Below, one piece after another: positions 36,177 to 37,095 of a stretch of DNA of 37,095 nt (its first letter is position 1; each line of letters begins with the position of its first letter). The stretch lies in contig ONMG01000239.1 in assembly GCA_900318855.1 (NCBI GenBank), positions 1 through 37,095 of the forward strand, in the 5' to 3' direction. Position numbers and translations under genes: made by a program. The notes under the pieces were generated by a model, which saw only the letters and a program-made list of their open reading frames with translations, was not told the DNA's origin and ran no database searches. The stretch comes from an uncultured Prevotella sp. GTDB taxonomy: Bacteria > Bacteroidota > Bacteroidia > Bacteroidales > Bacteroidaceae.

Positions 36177-36785
36177 ATGGAACACCTGTTTAATTTGTTC
36201 TTCCGGTCCATATTCGTGGACAACATGATATTCGCGTTCTTCCTCGGCATGTGCTCGTTTCTTGCCGTGTCGAAAAACGTAAAGACCAGTCTGGGACTGG
36301 GGGCCGCCGTCACCTTTGTGCTGGTGGTCACAGTGCCTGTCGACTATCTGCTTCAGACAAAGGTGCTCGATCCCCTCGGGCTCGGCTATCTGAGTTTCAT
36401 CTTGTTTATTGCGGTTATTGCCGGCATCACTCAGATTGTGGAGATGGCCGTCGAGAAATTCAGTCCGTCGCTCTATAGTGCCCTGGGTATCTTCCTCCCG
36501 TTGATAGCCGTCAACTGCGCTATCATGGGTGCTTCGCTCTTTATGCAGCAGCGCATCAATCTCGACGCCGACAGCACGCAGTTCATCGGTTCTGTGTGGG
36601 ATAGCATTGCCTATGCCTTCGGAAGTGGTCTGGGCTGGATGTTCGCCATTGTGAGTTTGGGTGCCATCCGCGAGAAGATGCAGTATTCTGATGTGCCCAA
36701 GCCTTTGCAGGGCATTGGCATCACTTTCATCACTGTGGGACTGATGGCCATGGCAATGATGTGCTTCAGTGGCATTAAGTTTTAG
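36177..36785 (+). CDS. nqrE: Na+-NQR subunit E
   Basis: [40 protein letters not shown]. Confidence 0.96.
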   Translation: MEHLFNLFFRSIFVDNMIFAFFLGMCSFLAVSKNVKTSLGLGAAVTFVLVVTVPVDYLLQTKVLDPLGLGYLSFILFIAVIAGITQIVEMAVEKFSPSLYSALGIFLPLIAVNCAIMGASLFMQQRINLDADSTQFIGSVWDSIAYAFGSGLGWMFAIVSLGAIREKMQYSDVPKPLQGIGITFITVGLMAMAMMCFSGIKF

Positions 36786-36811
36786 TAACAACACGACAAT
36801 AGCAAGAGAAA

Positions 36812-37095
36812 ATGGATATCAGTTTTATTATAGACAGCATGGGAGTGTTCCTGGCAGTGATACTCCTGTTGGTTATCGTGCTGCTTGTAGCCAAGCGCTA
36901 TCTCTCGCCCAGTGGTAACGTGACCATCACGGTGAACGGTGACCGCAAGCTTACGGTGCCCCAGGGTGAGAGCGTCATGGCAACACTCAACCAAAATGGC
37001 ATCTACCTGCCCTCTGCCTGTGGCGGAAAAGCCAGTTGCGGGCAATGCAAGTTGCAAGTGCTCGAGGGTGGAGGCGGAATCCTGGATTCCGAGCG
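36812..37095 (+). CDS. nqrF: Na+-NQR subunit F (5' part; runs off the right edge)
   Basis: Manual translation MDISFII...VILLLVIVLLVAKRYLSPSGNV...LPSACGGKASCGQCK, a 2Fe-2S motif. Confidence 0.93.
   Translation, partial: MDISFIIDSMGVFLAVILLLVIVLLVAKRYLSPSGNVTITVNGDRKLTVPQGESVMATLNQNGIYLPSACGGKASCGQCKLQVLEGGGGILDSE

Noticed and set aside
32332-37095. Rnf complex annotation
   Set aside because: The first subunit lacks the RnfC 4Fe-4S motifs, and gene order and motifs match nqrA-F.

Overview
Chromosomal window from a Bacteroidales bacterium, most likely Prevotella-like. This is based on TTTG-N19/20-TAnnTTTG promoters, AT-rich start contexts without SD sites, 'A|Q' signal peptides, and Bacteroidales-type spt and nqr genes. 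The content is mostly housekeeping: a partial Dcu transporter with hisC-hisD-hisG (-), an MltF-like lytic transglycosylase, a lipoprotein trypsin-like protease, nhaA, a nitroreductase, a glutaredoxin-like protein, a short DnaJ/CbpA, a TonB-dependent receptor plus exported DUF362 protein divergent from a PfkB kinase plus FMN alpha-hydroxy-acid dehydrogenase, a nucleoside permease-DUF151-rsmE-lipoprotein-ABC operon, a lipid kinase divergent from serine palmitoyltransferase, two identical tRNA-Pro(TGG), a redoxin-TonB_C fusion, tamB and nqrABCDE(F). No mobile element, CRISPR array or defence system was seen. The most notable signals are: an orphan ~70-nt sRNA unit whose 5' part is antisense to a generic Bacteroidetes start region (ATGAAAAA); two dispersed arrays of one 22-bp palindromic repeat; a PfkB kinase with an apparent export signal; a probable leaderless ATT start for tamB; a sigma54-type promoter on the DnaJ-like gene; and an uncharacterised type VII ABC system with a non-canonical ATPase. 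All family calls come from motif recognition by eye; no searches were run.
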